This document shows, piece by piece, positions 24,001 to 37,289 of a DNA stretch of 64,000 nt (within the stretch, counting starts at the first letter, position 1; each line of letters begins with the position of its first letter). Source of the DNA: Takakia lepidozioides (Eukaryota; Plantae; Bryophyta). The stretch covers positions 42,346,001 to 42,410,000 of the forward strand of contig CM060731.1 in NCBI GenBank assembly GCA_030704615.1, read 5' to 3'. The notes below the pieces were generated by a model that did no database searches, was not told where the DNA came from, and saw nothing but the letters and a program-made list of their open reading frames with translations. Made by a program: the position numbers and the translations under genes.

Positions 24001-24825
24001 GCATGGATTGCTGCCGTAATCCTCTACTCCGTTGAAGTGTAAGGGTACAAAGAGGTGTTGAAGTAGGTGTTGCTTCGGCACAACCCACTTGTCCAAGGAC
24101 ACCTGAAGCCTCACAAGAGTCCCCTTGGGTACTAATCGGGGCATCTTGACGGGAAGATGAAGTGTTCTGTTCCGAGGTCGTATCAAGATGCATAGACATT
24201 AGAATATTGCATCCACACTAGGCAAAGTGGATTTTTACACGCATAGATGCTTTAGGGCATAAACCCACCCCGACACTCTACCCACATTTATAGCTGAGGT
24301 GATGCAGCAGCCGATCCCTACGATAAGAAAGCTTCAGTCCACATAGATTGCACTCAACACTGCCAGTGTTCGGGATTACTCTATACTAAGGGCTCCATTA
24401 CTCCCTCATCTTCACCCAATATCTATTCCTCTAGTGATGTAAGCAACAAAAAACAGTGACCTATATATGAACATGTGAATGTAGAGTGCAATGCGACAGC
24501 CCAACACTTCTACACCAACCCAAGTGGGTCGATGCACCTTGTAGTGTTGAGCTTATACACAATCTGCTGAAAAGACTTTGGTGGAAGCCACAACGGCAAA
24601 AGATGCGCACCCTCCTCTTGGGCTACACTCTCGTTCAATAGAAGAGAACATCTGTCGCAACCTCAAGTGTTTGCGCCAAAAGAAGTGAGGAGCTTGGTGA
24701 CCCTGGTCCTTTATATATACTCTACGAAGGATGAAAGTGAAATGAAAGTGAAATGAAAAAATGACCGACCAATAGCGCCTACCCGAAAAAGGCGGTACAA
24801 TCATATTTGTTATAATTTTAAATGA

Positions 24826-25900
24826 AGCGACCGCTAATACTGCGGTAGTTATTTTTTTATTTTATAAAACACAAGCGACCGCCAATATTGCGCTCGCTTT
24901 TATTTCCTTTGATTTTGTAAAATATTGCGGTCGGTTGTATTTTATTCATTATTTAAATTACAAGCGACCGCCAATCTGGCGGTCGCTATTATTTTTTATT
25001 TCGAAATATAATGCGACCGCCGGTTTGCGGTTGTTTATATTTTCTTATGACGCTTTTGTTTTTTATATTTTTAAAATAACGTGACTGCCAATATGGCGGT
25101 CGCTTGTTTTCTTACATATTTAAAATAAAGTGACCGCCTATATGGCGGTCGTTTGTTTTTTATATATATTTTAAAATAAGCGACCGCCATATTGACGGTC
25201 GCTAAAATTCTTAATATTTTTAAAATAGAGCGACCGCCAGTATGGTGGTCGTTTTTATATTTTTATATTTGAGCAACCGCCAGTCTGGTGGTCGCCATTA
25301 TATTTTTATTTTGCAATATAAAGTGACCGCCGGTATTGCGGTCACTTATATGTTTTTATGTCGCTTATATTTTTTATATTTAAAAAAAAAGAATGACCGT
25401 CATATGGCGGTTGCTTGTTTATTTTTAAGATAAAGCGACTGCCAATATGGCAGTCGTTTTTTTTTTAAATTTAAAAAAAAAAAAAGACGATTGCCAATGT
25501 GGCGGTCCGTGTTTTATTTTATTTCTAAAATAAAGCGACCGCCAGTATGACGGTCTCTTGTTTTTTATATATTCTTAAAATAAAGCGTCTGCCAATATGG
25601 CGGTTGATTATTTTTATTATTTTAAAAATGAGACGACCACCAATGTTACGGTCGCGTGTTGTATTTTATTTTTAAAATAAAATGACTGTCAATATGTCGG
25701 TCGCTTCTTTTTAAATAATAATATAAAAAAAGGCGACCGCCAATGTGGCGGTCATGTGTTTTATTTTATTTTTAAATTAAAGCGACTTCTAATATGGCAG
25801 CCTCTTGTTTAAAAAAAAAAAAATTAAAGCGACCGCTAATATGGCGGTCGCTCTTATTTGTTTTATTTTGAAATATAAAGCGGTCGCCAGAATTTGCGAT
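24826..25900. repeat. Second GCGACCGCC/GGCGGTCGC hairpin array
   Basis: About 20 degenerate units in AT-rich spacers. Confidence 0.88.
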
Positions 25901-26957
25901 CGTTTTTTTCTTCTTACTATTTTTTATAATTTGTTTGCCACCGTCGGCAACGTGACTGCTTAAGTGACAATGTTTTACCTAGTTGTTCTTTTACTAAAAC
26001 CATATGTGTAGCATTAAATGTAAATTTGTCACAGAGCCTGTAAAAGAGAGATGGAAATTAGTACAGGGGGCAGAGAATGATGGCAATGTAACACAGGCTG
26101 TACAATTGAGCAGGGTAATGCGACATGACAGTGAGAGAGGAGTAAAGGTCACGCAGTGGTTGAGAGTTCCATGTAAGTAAGTACTGGGGGCTTGGTTGTT
26201 ATTGACAGGGTTGGCAAACAGTGGGCATGAAGCTGAGTTGGGGGGCCAAGAGGCTGGAGAAGAAGAAGAAGGGAGCCAGCACATGAGCAGTATAGTTAGT
26301 GAAGACATTGGCTGACAGTGGTAGTTCACTATGGGAATTTGGGGAGTAGAATGAGTAGTGGGGGATTTTGTGCCTGGGATACAGCGGGTTATGGCGTAGG
26401 GAAGAGTCGAAGGTGATGGATGACGCATATCTGGAGGTTGTGAATATAAGATTTGGAGGGGGGGGGGGGGACTTAAGGGCGAGCTGGGTTGAGCAATACA
26501 ACATTGTGTAAGACTTGGCAACAACATGATGTATGATGACTATTGAGCAAAAATTGGAGAAAGAATAAAGAGTGGGATATGGGGTCGAGTATGGTGGGGG
26601 GAGAAATGATATTGGTTGTCATTGGCAGGGTTGGCAAACAGAGGGCATGGAACTGAGTTGGGGAGCCAAGAGGCTGGACATGAAGTAGGAAGCCAGTACA
26701 TGAGTAGAGTAGTTAGTGAAAATTTAGGCTGGCAGGGGTGGTTCACTGTGAAACTTTGGGGCCTAGTTATCATTCCTGATGTGACGTGGCGCTGACACGT
26801 CGGACGTGTGTCACGTCACGTCGAAACCGGACGTTTACCCATGTATTTTTTATATTTAACTTTTATGATTTACTTCTACCCTTTCTAATGACATGGCAGC
26901 CACGGTATAAAACACACGTGGCAAATTATTAATATTTAGTAATTCCTTAAAAAACAT

Positions 26958-27550
26958 GCGACCGCCCATATTGGCGGTCGCTTGTAATTTACTTATTTTT
27001 AAATGAAGCGACTGCCATTGGCAGTCGCTTCTAATTATTATAAAAAAAATGAAGTGTTTGTTATTTAGAAAATATATAGACCGCCGTGTGGCGATCGCTC
27101 TTATTCCCTAATTTGGGTTCTTTTAAGAAATAAAGCGACCGCCACAAGGGGTATTTTTATATTTTTCTTTGATATTTTTTAGAAAAATGCAACGACCGGC
27201 AAGAGGCGGTTGCTATTTTTGGTTTTTTAAAAATATAGTGACCGCCCTGCAGCGGTTGCGATATGTTTTTTGAGTTTTAGTAAGAAATGAAGCGACCGCC
27301 ACAAGGGTGGTCGCTCCTTTTTGTATATTAAAAATACTACGCGGCCGCCAAGTGGCGGTCGCCTCTTTTTATTGTTTTCTTAAATAAAGCGACCGCCGTG
27401 TGGTGGTCGCTTCTTTAAAGTTTTTAAGAAAAACACAATGACTGCCTTGTGGCGGTCGCCATTTTGTTTCTTTTTAAATAAAGCGACCGCCATGCGACGG
27501 TCACGTCGTTTTGTTTTTTTAAAAATACAGCGACCCGCCATTTGGCGGTA
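26958..27550. repeat. Third GCGACCGCC/GGCGGTCGC hairpin array
   Basis: About 10 degenerate units. Confidence 0.85.
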
Positions 27551-28739
27551 ATTTTTTTTGTTTTTTAAAAGCATTAAGCGGCGCCTCGTGTCGCGCACCT
27601 CACTTCGGGTGGCGCATCTTGACCATCGCAGAGGAGTACCGCGGTTATGGGCTCACAGCTAGGGTTGGAGCCCGAGGCCCGAGAGCCCATCTTGCCCATC
27701 TCTACTTTCTTCCGGTTCAACACACGTTGGTCGGGCTGTTGTCAGCCTCCCTTTTTGGGCTATATTCACTTTGATTCCGCTCTTGAGGTCCATCTTGCGT
27801 GGCAGGTGGCCTACTTGGCTTGTTGTGGGTTGTGCCGCACCATTGTAGATTCTTTGTTGTATACATGCTGCAGGTCCGATCGGCGATCCGCTCCTTTGAG
27901 ATATTGTGGGGGGGGGGGCACCATCTGCCGCCATCGACCCGCCTTCGTGCTGGCTGTTCTTACCACCATGTTACTACCATCGAGGGACCATGCCAGCGCG
28001 TTGGATTGACAAACGAGTCTGGTGCACCCGACAACTTCCAAATGGAGAAACTCAGAATTTTTATTGGTGCCCTGATAGGTTTGTGTTTCCAGGTTGTTCT
28101 TGCCCAGGTATTTACTTGGGGGCTCTACATCCTAGGTCATCATTGGTGGCTCATTTACGATGACAGGATGATTTCTTCACCCATTGTGAATCTTGTCAAT
28201 TCTTTGCGACACACCATTTGATCCTTAAATCTAACTGTGCACAGTGTCTAGGGCCTTGGCCTATAGGACATCTAGTATTTCATAATCGGTTATACACGGA
28301 TATACCCCTGTCACCAAGATTTCACGGTAGGTATCCAGATCTTACCTCATTTATTCTTGATATGGTCATCCAAGGAAATATAAGTCCTCTAGTACAAACA
28401 GAAGTAGGAGGGTCTTCGTCAGCTCAACAATCAGTGTATGTCTAGCTCAGGATCAAGAGCAACACTCCCGTGTCTGGGATAATATATCTTTTGATACTAG
28501 GTTACAACGTAGACTAGTCAGAGAGGCAGTCCGAGACCAATTATTAGGGAAGATACCAAAATTAAGTCCAGCATCAGACTCGAAAACCCGAAGTCTAGAT
28601 AAAATAGAGTGGGAAGGAGAGGATACCGGCAGTTCTTCAAATGTTGGTATTCACTAGTGGTTTTTCCTTTGTCAGGTCCGCCTCTTTCTCCACCGGCAAA
28701 GTCAAATAGTCCATCGCCGTCGTTAGTGTCAACCATGGC

Positions 28740-30679
28740 ACATATTCCAGGACCTCCTGAAGTACCCATCGTGGTCCCAACAGGTCTGGCCCCACTAATA
28801 TTGCCCTGACATTTGCCTTGGTTATATGGGGAAACACATGAAAACCCGGAATATCATATTAATTTTTTTATTCAATGTTGCTATTCTAACCAAGCATTGG
28901 ATGATGCTTATTGGCTAATCTGGTTTCCCACAACCATGAGGGGAAGGGCATCCACTTGGTATTGGCAACAGGCACCAAGAACATTTGTCACTTGGGGGTA
29001 GTTGCAGGGTAAGGTGGACCAAAAACGACAAATGTTGTCTTCCATGGAAGTCCATGATCAAATTTAAAGTTGACGATATTTTCCCAAATAATTCAAATGA
29101 TGATAGACAATGGTATATTTAACATTTTTAGTAATTGGTCTTACCCCAAACATCAAAGATAATTTTTACTATAAATTTTAGTCTTTAATTTGATTAAAAT
29201 TTGATATATCAAAAATTAAAATTTACATCAATTTTTCTATATACAACCAAGCCATTGTAGATTATATTTTTGTATCCTTCGCAGTAAAATATGACACCTC
29301 AAAAGCCCAAAACACAAGATGTACTAAACTAGAACAAATCCCCTTATATATAACACTCATATTAGTCCATAGGTAGTAAATGACAACCGATATTGTCATT
29401 TTAAATTGAAATCTAGAGTGTTCTCTAAATTGGCCCCCTTAGCTCAAAAGTTCAAGGCAATATACCAAAGGCACAATGGCTTATTTTGAGTCCATGTATT
29501 TCCACTTGCAACGGTGACAGTCCACAGTTGTCGTGTTCTAAAGTCCATACCTCTTGGACATTTTATTTGATTGACAATTTGACGGTTGATATAGGTAGAT
29601 ATTGAAGTTAGGAATCCAGCATGGAAAATATTTCTCAACATTATTGATTCTATTCAAAGCAATTCATGATATCATGCACGACAGTCACTGAAAACTGTGT
29701 CGGTGACGTCCATTTTGGTCCACCTTACCTTGCATCTACCATTGGTTGCACATTCACGACGCATTCTTGGATCATTTCCGGGCGGTGCACCAATTCACAA
29801 GTGTCCTGATGGCACTAACACGAATCCGTCAAGGCCCTACAGAGGAGGTATCGGACTTTGAAATGAGGTTCCGGGAGCTAATGAGGCTCCAAAATCCCTT
29901 GACCCTCTTAGACGATGGGGTACTCAAGGACTGTTTTTTAGTGGTTTACGAGAGGCTACTCATTTCCATGTTCTGCAGCAGAGACCTACAACTTTGGCAG
30001 ATGCCATACACGTCGGGAAGGAATTTGACAACATGCACCGGCAAGTGCAATGAGCTAAGATGTCGTCCACCAACAAGATTCTATGCACTATCTTTACCAA
30101 GATAGTGAATGCCAATTGTACCGATTGGGATACCAAGATGAGTACAACATTATTGGCATTCAGGACATTCTACAAAGTAACTATAAAACATACACCTTTT
30201 CAACTTGTGTATGGAACAGAAGCATTACTACCCATTGAATGCCAAATACCAACACTGCGAACCACCATAGAAGAACGATGGGGCCTAGAATAATCACTAC
30301 AAGTCAGGGAACACGAATTGTTCGAATAGATGCCGCAAACAACATGACACAAATTCAGGAATAATGACAAAAGCAGATATCAGAAGGAAAGATGAAGACT
30401 TTCCAGGATGGAGAGATGGTTCTTTGGCTACCAAAGATCAGAAAGATCAAGCTGGGAGACAAATTGAAAATGCCATGGATGGGCCCTTTTCAGATTCAAA
30501 GGGTACATGGCAACGGCACAATGGACCTGCAGACCCTCGACTATGAAATGGTGGGGCGCATTCATGTCAACAAGCTGAAAGGTTATAAGGGGATACACGA
30601 TCAAGCACTAAAGCACGACTTGGAAGGCAGAAGCAACGGAGGAGGATCGAGAAAGCTTAGAAGTTTTCTATATCCATGA
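28740..30679 (+). pseudogene. Internally deleted Ty3/gypsy retrotransposon: gag and integrase C-terminal fragments
   Basis: gag: YGETHENPEYHI..FPTTMRGRASTWY and RIRQGPTEEVSDF..RF. Integrase: DWDTK..LLAFRT..TPFQLVYG and KLKMPWMGPFQI. Confidence 0.85.
29007..29730. mobile_element. MITE-like non-autonomous DNA transposon inserted in gag
   Basis: TIR GGTAAGGTGGACCAAAA / TTTTGGTCCACCTTACC, flanked by TGCA on both sides, AT-rich interior. Confidence 0.85.
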
Positions 30680-30710
30680 AAGAGAGTTGCGGGGAGGGGT
30701 ATAGAAATTA

Positions 30711-31512
30711 ATGGCGTTGACGCCATCAATGTAGGCACGCCATCAATTTAGACACCCTCTCTGCTGCCATTGTTTTACCAAAATATAATGAGTATAGATA
30801 TAATTGTAGGGGCCTTTCTAGTGAAATAGAGCTGCGGGAAGGGTCTATAAATTGGGGGTCTTGACACATCAATTTCCACACCCTTCCCTTAGCTCTCTTT
30901 AATAAATAAAAGCATGTGTTTATTTGGTCCATTGCAGGGACGTCAAATTGTGCTTTGCTTTGCTATGCAAATCGGCATGGAGGTTCTCGAAAACTGATGG
31001 TGTTGACGCCGTCATTTTTAACAACCTTCATATTGCTCTATTATTGTGTAGACATAATATCATTATGTACTTGCATGGGCAGTACTTGCCAAGAAGAAAA
31101 CAACATGGAGGATGTCAACTCCGATGGCGTTGACACCATCACTTTTGTCACCTTCCACCTTGCTCTTTTTTAGGTCTAGACATAGATAACATTTGCTATT
31201 TGAAAGTTTTTTTTTGAAAAAATAAAAATAAAAAAATAGTCGGGAGGGTGCCGAAATGGATGGCATTGACACCATCGTCTTCAACACCTTCCCTGTTGTG
31301 AGATGTTTTTGAATAGACATAGATATATGCATGGGTTATTTTTACAAAAATAAATCAGCAGGGATGTGTGAAAAAATGATGGCGTTGACTCCATTGTTTC
31401 TAACACCCTCCCAATGTTTTTTTTTTGGGTAGACATATGGTAGTTATATTTTTGCAGAGCTTGTTTTGGAGTCGGCATGACAAAGCTTCGAAATTGCTGG
31501 CATTGACACATC
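30711..31512. repeat. Spaced array of 18-bp palindrome GATGGCGT-TG-ACGCCATC
   Basis: Variants at about 30711, 30996, 31123, 31259, 31378 and 31498. Confidence 0.8.
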
Positions 31513-31611
31513 ATGCTATCAGTTTCAATATAGCCTGCAATTTAATTTTTATATCCGAATTTTGGTTTTTTCGAATTTTGCTCTCTCATTGTTTGTCTTG
31601 GTTGTGGCTTA

Positions 31612-32355
31612 GGTACATTACATTTGAGCTTGTCCTAGCATGTTCATGACAAAAGTACTTGCAGATTGAGAACCTACACATTTGAAGACTTGTGGCTGAT
31701 ATCTGAATTGCCCTCCTCAACATATAACTCCATTCCTGGAATTGGAGTATGGAAAACCAAAACACAACCATGGAGCCGTGCTTGCTTCCCTCATCAATAG
31801 GAAATCACACGAGCGCAACATTGAGGTCTTGAGGACACGGGAGCCTCTCATTGATAAAACTCCCTCGAGGCACAAGAAAGAGAGGAACAAACGGAAGAGA
31901 AACAAGTTAGAAGGTTCTGGACCAATCGTTACAGTAGCATCATAGTTTGGTTCTCCTGCTAGATGAATTGGCTATCCTAAAACAGCAGAAACTAATGAAC
32001 AAAAAACTCCTTTCTACGATGGTGACTCGACAGTCTTCTTAACGTGTGAAGCTATTGTTGCTTTGTTGACATAGGTGCATTCCTTGCTTATACGTCTCAA
32101 GACAACCCCAATATTTCTGTGCCATTCCTACATCTTTCCCATTGTACATATTTTCGTCTCCATACTTACTTTCATCACCCTGCTCTTTGCTCGTTACTTT
32201 GAAATATTGTTTTTTCAGGTGACGTCAGGGCGAACATCGTGGATGAATGGTGTGAAGAAGACATTTGTAGCAGACCTTGTAATCCTTTCCATTCCGATGG
32301 CCTCCGTGTGCCAGATGTACTTCCCAATGATGTACATCTTCATGGAACGCATTTG
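31612..32355 (+). pseudogene. 5' part of a second, diverged MTase-like accessory gene (motif III/IV region)
   Basis: Exon start ag|gTAC YITFELVLA parallels ag|gTAC YCKFSLLEKG at 15682. FYDGDSTVFL at about 32015. ADLVILSIP-DGLRVPDVLPNDV-SSWN at 32270-32348 requires two 1-nt frameshifts. Confidence 0.55.
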
Positions 32356-33260
32356 TCACTTGGTATTGGGGCCGGATCTTTTCTTTATGCTACAGCAGAG
32401 CATCTCTGCTCCTGCTACAACAAAACCTGCTTTTTCCGAGTTGCACACCCCCATAATTGAACAAGCCCCTAGAGGATAGGAGAATATCATCAGGCTTGAA
32501 ATTGAGTGTCACAACACTCCAGGCAGTTTCATCATCATCTAATCAAAGGCATCAAGGTTTTGTGATTAAAATTAGCGCTCACTGATTGGTGACGCCTTTC
32601 TCTTCCAGTACCAAAGCTTCCCGCCACTGATTGGCCGTCCGATCTATCATGGGCGAATCGGATTCCGCAAGCTCAGAAACCTGACATTGGAATTGAACCC
32701 AGCTTTGGGCTTAGGCTAGATCTGACGGAATCTGTCCAGCCATCAAACAGCCCACCAAGAAACCCATAGAAAAGTCGACGTTGACTGTGCCAGTTCATGT
32801 TCGCCATGTGTGGAATTTCTTATTACTTAAGTTAGATGGACAGCCCGCAAGTGGATGAGAGAGAGAGAATGGGCCTTGAAGATTTGTGTTTTGCACTGGC
32901 TTATCTGCTGCGGATCAACATGAGCTCCACCTTATTGCAACGAGAAAGACGGTGCATGCCCCAGTATGGCGCACTGCGGTGTCACCACTTTTCGCATCAA
33001 GTCACCTCTTTTGTCTCCTTCAGAACGAGGAGCAGCGGTATCGGCGCCATGGGAAACGGGTGGTGCACCACCTCCCTCCTTCCTGACGCTCCCCTCTGCC
33101 TTCATGCCTCCCTGCACTCCAGTTTCTACGATTTGAGGAGCGCAGGAGCTTCAGTTGCGTGGTGGGTGCTACCATTTCGGCATGTGCTGAATATGGTAAA
33201 GAATGAGAGGCTTCCTGTAACTGTTGTTGGATCAGAAGGGTGAGCAGTTCCGGAGCAACA

Positions 33261-36200
33261 ATGTCAGCACCGTGTCTGCTGACGCAAGGTGGCGGTGTAA
33301 CATCAAAAGGTGCATCAGCTGGCTACATTCTTGCAGTCAGGAGAAAGCGTCCTGTTACTGCAAACCTTGTTTCGTGTCCTTTTCTCGCATCCTTGCCATC
33401 TTCTGTACATAATTCTGGTCCTTGTTGCGCGCTCACATCTGTTCAGAGGCATGTGAGCAAGCGCCGCATTCTGGGCAGGATGGCTGTGCCATGTGGTCGC
33501 TCTTCCCTGGTGGAAACAGATGGTAATCTCGGGGAGCGTCAGTTGGCAGCCTTGAAGCACTGCACCTGGGCAGCTCGTGGCTGCGAGAACTGGACGGACT
33601 GCTGGTGTTCGAGGAAGGCAGGTCAGCGGAGCTGCTGCGTGCGGCGGCCTACTTGCGGGCATTGTCCTTCTATAACTACCCTGAGGGCCGCTCCGAGGAA
33701 GGGCTAAAGGTAACCTGTCTCTGCTGCTCTCTCTTCTATCAGCCCATTTTGTTACAGTTAGAAATTCCCGGTGCATTCAGCATTTACTTTGCAAGTGTAT
33801 GGTTGTAATCTGCCTTCAAATATGGCTGGAAGGCACATCTGACTTTCCTACATTTCTTTCTCTCTCTCCAGCGCTCTTTCCATGGTTCTTTCTGCATTAT
33901 CTGGTATTTTAGTAACTTTCCCAGATAATTCATGTGGTCTGGAGCTGTCGTCAGAGATACAGGGCACTCTGGTGAATCTGTGGAGATACCACCATCGCAA
34001 AATGATTTATAGACCAATGCAGCTAATTGTTGATATTGAGCAGAGTGGAAGTGAAAAGTAGAGAAGTTCTGACGTGCAGATATGGAAGATGGTGACGTAG
34101 TTGCACCGCAAAATGAAGGCGGAAGATGAATGGACTGCCCTGACCTCGAAAGTAGCTGGGCTTGAGCAAGGATACAAGCGAGTGGCATGCCTCCTTGCAC
34201 TCTGCCCTGTCTCTCATCTTGTCAACATTAACCTTGTTCTCCACCCTTTTTGTAAGGTGTGTTCTCTCTCTCTCTCTCTTGTTTATACCAAGGCACGTCC
34301 CACTATTGGAGTGAGACCCTCACAAAGGTAGTGTCTGTTCCCTCTTGTTCCGCCCAAAGTGGGAGCAGGTTCATGGCCACAAGGCTAGGCAAACCATGTC
34401 TCCTGAGGGCATTCTCTCTCTCACTCTCACACACACACACACACACACATTATCCTGAATGTTGGCCATGACATATCATTGAGTGCATAGTCTGCATGGG
34501 AACTTAAATGTCCTGAATTTGCAGCTCACTTGGTAATGGAAATGAAGCCTTGCAGTCACATGCAGCCAGTTTGACAACATAATATAAGGCATGTCATGTT
34601 GACTTAATGGAAAAATAAGGGCTGACATCGCACTTTAAAATTTGGCTGTTGGTTGCATTGGATTCGCACAGAGAGAATGAATGAAACTTTACACCATTCA
34701 CCTAGTAACCTAACGGCCCAGGAGAGAGAAAGAATGGACTCATAAGCCGTTGTTTGCCGTAGCCTTGTGACCATTGACCCCGCGCCCAGTTTGAGCGGAA
34801 CACAAAGGGACAGAACCTACCTTTGTCAGGGGCTGACGCCGGTAGTAAGACTGACCTTGGAATAAACAATCCGGGTTTTCCAGATATCCTCTAGAAATCC
34901 CTTCACACAAGCATCAATCTGCTGTGTGTGGTTTGCCCAATAACTAGGCCCCAAAAGGGCCTGGGCTTTTGGCTCAGCCTTGAGACTCGAAACAAGTTCA
35001 GGGAAGTTTTCTGCCTAACTTCATTTTCGTCAGACAATTTCCTGGCAACAGACATGGCTTTGGACACTACAGCCTCTAAGTCAGATTTATCCAGCAGAGT
35101 CAAGACTTGCGGATTGAGATTCAGATCCTCGAGAATCTCTTCTACTCTCTTCCGCCAGGACTTGGCCTGTTTGACAGGGCGATCGTGTTTCCAAGATATA
35201 GAGTCGATTAACTTACGATATCCGATGTTGGACATATGTTGCAGCTGACCCCACCATCTGACCTTGAATTCATCTCGTCGGGAGCTTAAAGAAGGGATGC
35301 CAAACTCACCCCGAACAGCCACATTGGCTGTTTTGGAGCATGCTGACATGCACTCCTTAAGCACCCCCACTTGAATGGATTCTAGAGACTTAGCATGGTT
35401 GGAGTTATCAAACCATATTGCAGATGCGTACTCCAAGGCAGGTCTAATAATGCGACAAAGCAGGAGAGAGAAAGATAAAAACTTTATGATGTCCACAGAG
35501 GGCTGCAAGGGCCCATGGGACAGGGTAGAACAAACGAGGTTAACCAGGGAGATGGGCAGGATATTGCAAGCTATCAAGCCTTGCACGCATAGATCATTGC
35601 AGCAATATATGGATCTGATGAAAGCTACCAACTCTTGCAAATGAGGCATAGTCTCTGTAGACAATTGTTACACTCCAAAGGAAGTGACACCACAATCCAA
35701 TTTTGATGAAACATATTCATGGCATTCCATCACTTTCATGGTCGCATGGACTGAGTCAGAAGGTATGCACTGCAGGTTGTGCTGCCAAATGGAGAAGAGC
35801 ACTCTCTTGTGGGAACCCTTGATGTAAATCAAGGACTCCAGCTACCAGGGGAAATTACTGGGGATTACCCTAAGGTGTGCTCTGCATGCCTTACTACCCA
35901 TACTACCTACTCTCCAAAAGCAATATTTCGGTTTTTGCAAATAATTCTTGTGTTTATCTGTTGACAGGCCTCATTTTATTATTACTTCACTCTGTTGAAA
36001 TCTCTACCTCAATCTGGGCTGTTTTGCAAGCTTTCCCCATCTTTTTCCTACTCTTGGACTGCTTTCAGCTGTTCCTTCCGTTTGGGGATCATTTAGACTT
36101 GGTCCATTCATGATGGTTTCGAAGTCTCTAGTCCTGCATTTCTGTGTGGTTGTGTCTGACCTGTGTAGACAATTGCAGGGGCTTGATGCAGAGCAGCAAA

Positions 36201-36773
36201 GGGTTACCTCTCAAATGTTTGTGTTGCACCTGAGATCCGTAATAGGGGTGTTGGTGCAGCCCTGCTTCTACAGGCACAAAAGATCATGCAGCTATGGGGT
36301 ATCTCTCTCCCATTCTCTCTCGCATTTCCAAAATTCAGACACATACAGGCAGGCAGAGAAACCCAGAAGAACAAAACCAACTCAAAGCACACAAGTCTCA
36401 TGAACAGTGTGAGTACTGATTACTATTGAGAAGTAGAAAGTACCCTGCAGGAGGGTTTCAATGTCCTCGCGCTGTACTGATTGTTGCTAAAACCAAAGCC
36501 ATGTGGTAGAGATAGTGTCTGGGAGGACATTGTGCTGTCAAGCAATTGGCTGTTTATGATACTAACAGATTACAAACTGGTCCTATGTTTGTCACAACAG
36601 GGGTGAGTGATCTGTATGTGCATGTTGTGTCAGACAATGTGGCAGCAGTGAAACTGTACCACAAGGCTGGCTTTGTCTACGAGAAGGAAGAGACTGCTTC
36701 TGAGGCCAGGTTGATGTCCCGTCCTCGCCGCCTTCTATTGCATAAGCACTTGCCAGCACCTGATTTTGTGTAG
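33261..36773 (+). CDS. Plastid-type GNAT acetyltransferase (resembles Arabidopsis GNAT7/At4g28030), 5 exons, two apparent 1-nt frameshifts
   Basis: Exons: LRAAAYLRALSFY (to ~33709); KMKAEDEWTAL..GYKRVACL (34101-34256); VGTLDVNQ..LPGEI (35777-35875); YLSNVCVAPE.RNRGVG (36178-36298); GVSDLYVHVVSDNVAAVKLYHKAGF..RPRRLLL* (36601-36773). The N-terminus resembles a transit peptide. Confidence 0.85.
34670..35470 (-). mobile_element. 5'-truncated LINE in a GNAT intron (RT C-terminus, short CATT tail)
   Basis: IIRPALEYASAIW..LESIQ..AVRGEFGIPSL..RWWGQL. The minus strand ends TTCATTCATTC. Same family as 2560-2750. Confidence 0.8.
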
Positions 36774-37289
36774 CTAAGTCGATCATCCCCAGATGCATGG
36801 GAGGTTCTTGTCATGTGCACAATTAGCAGTTCTATTAGTGAATAGATCATTCCATCTAACTGTCTTAATAGACATTTGGCATTTGGAGCTTTCTGTTGGG
36901 ATCTCAATTTAAGAAGAATCTTTTGCACACATTGTATTCATAGCCAAAAGCACAACCTGTTTCCTTACAGACGTAAATTGTAAAGTAAAGTGCAGGAAAT
37001 TAATTGTCTTGTCGAAGTGCCAGCATTGGCCGGCAAGCTCTTCTGTTTCACATTTTCGCTAACTCGCCACGATTGCACCCAACCAGAGCTGCTTGCATTT
37101 CTCAGTTTTGTGATTGATGGTAATTTTGAGATCTTTGGTACATTAGAGGAATGGATTCCTGCCCTTCTGTTTCTTGGCATTACGCATCGTTCGGTTGGGT
37201 ATTTGCAAGCATCATCTATCAATGTCTTGCCATGATTCATATCTCCACAACTTGAGGAGTGCATAAAATAACAAGCCTCAAACGACAAT

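Noticed and set aside
21462-27600. Possible 8-bp TSD GCACACCT/GCGCACCT for the hAT element
   Set aside because: No matching TIRs inside these positions, so the termini remain undefined.
34414-34448. (CT)n(CA)n microsatellite
   Set aside because: Ordinary intronic simple repeat.
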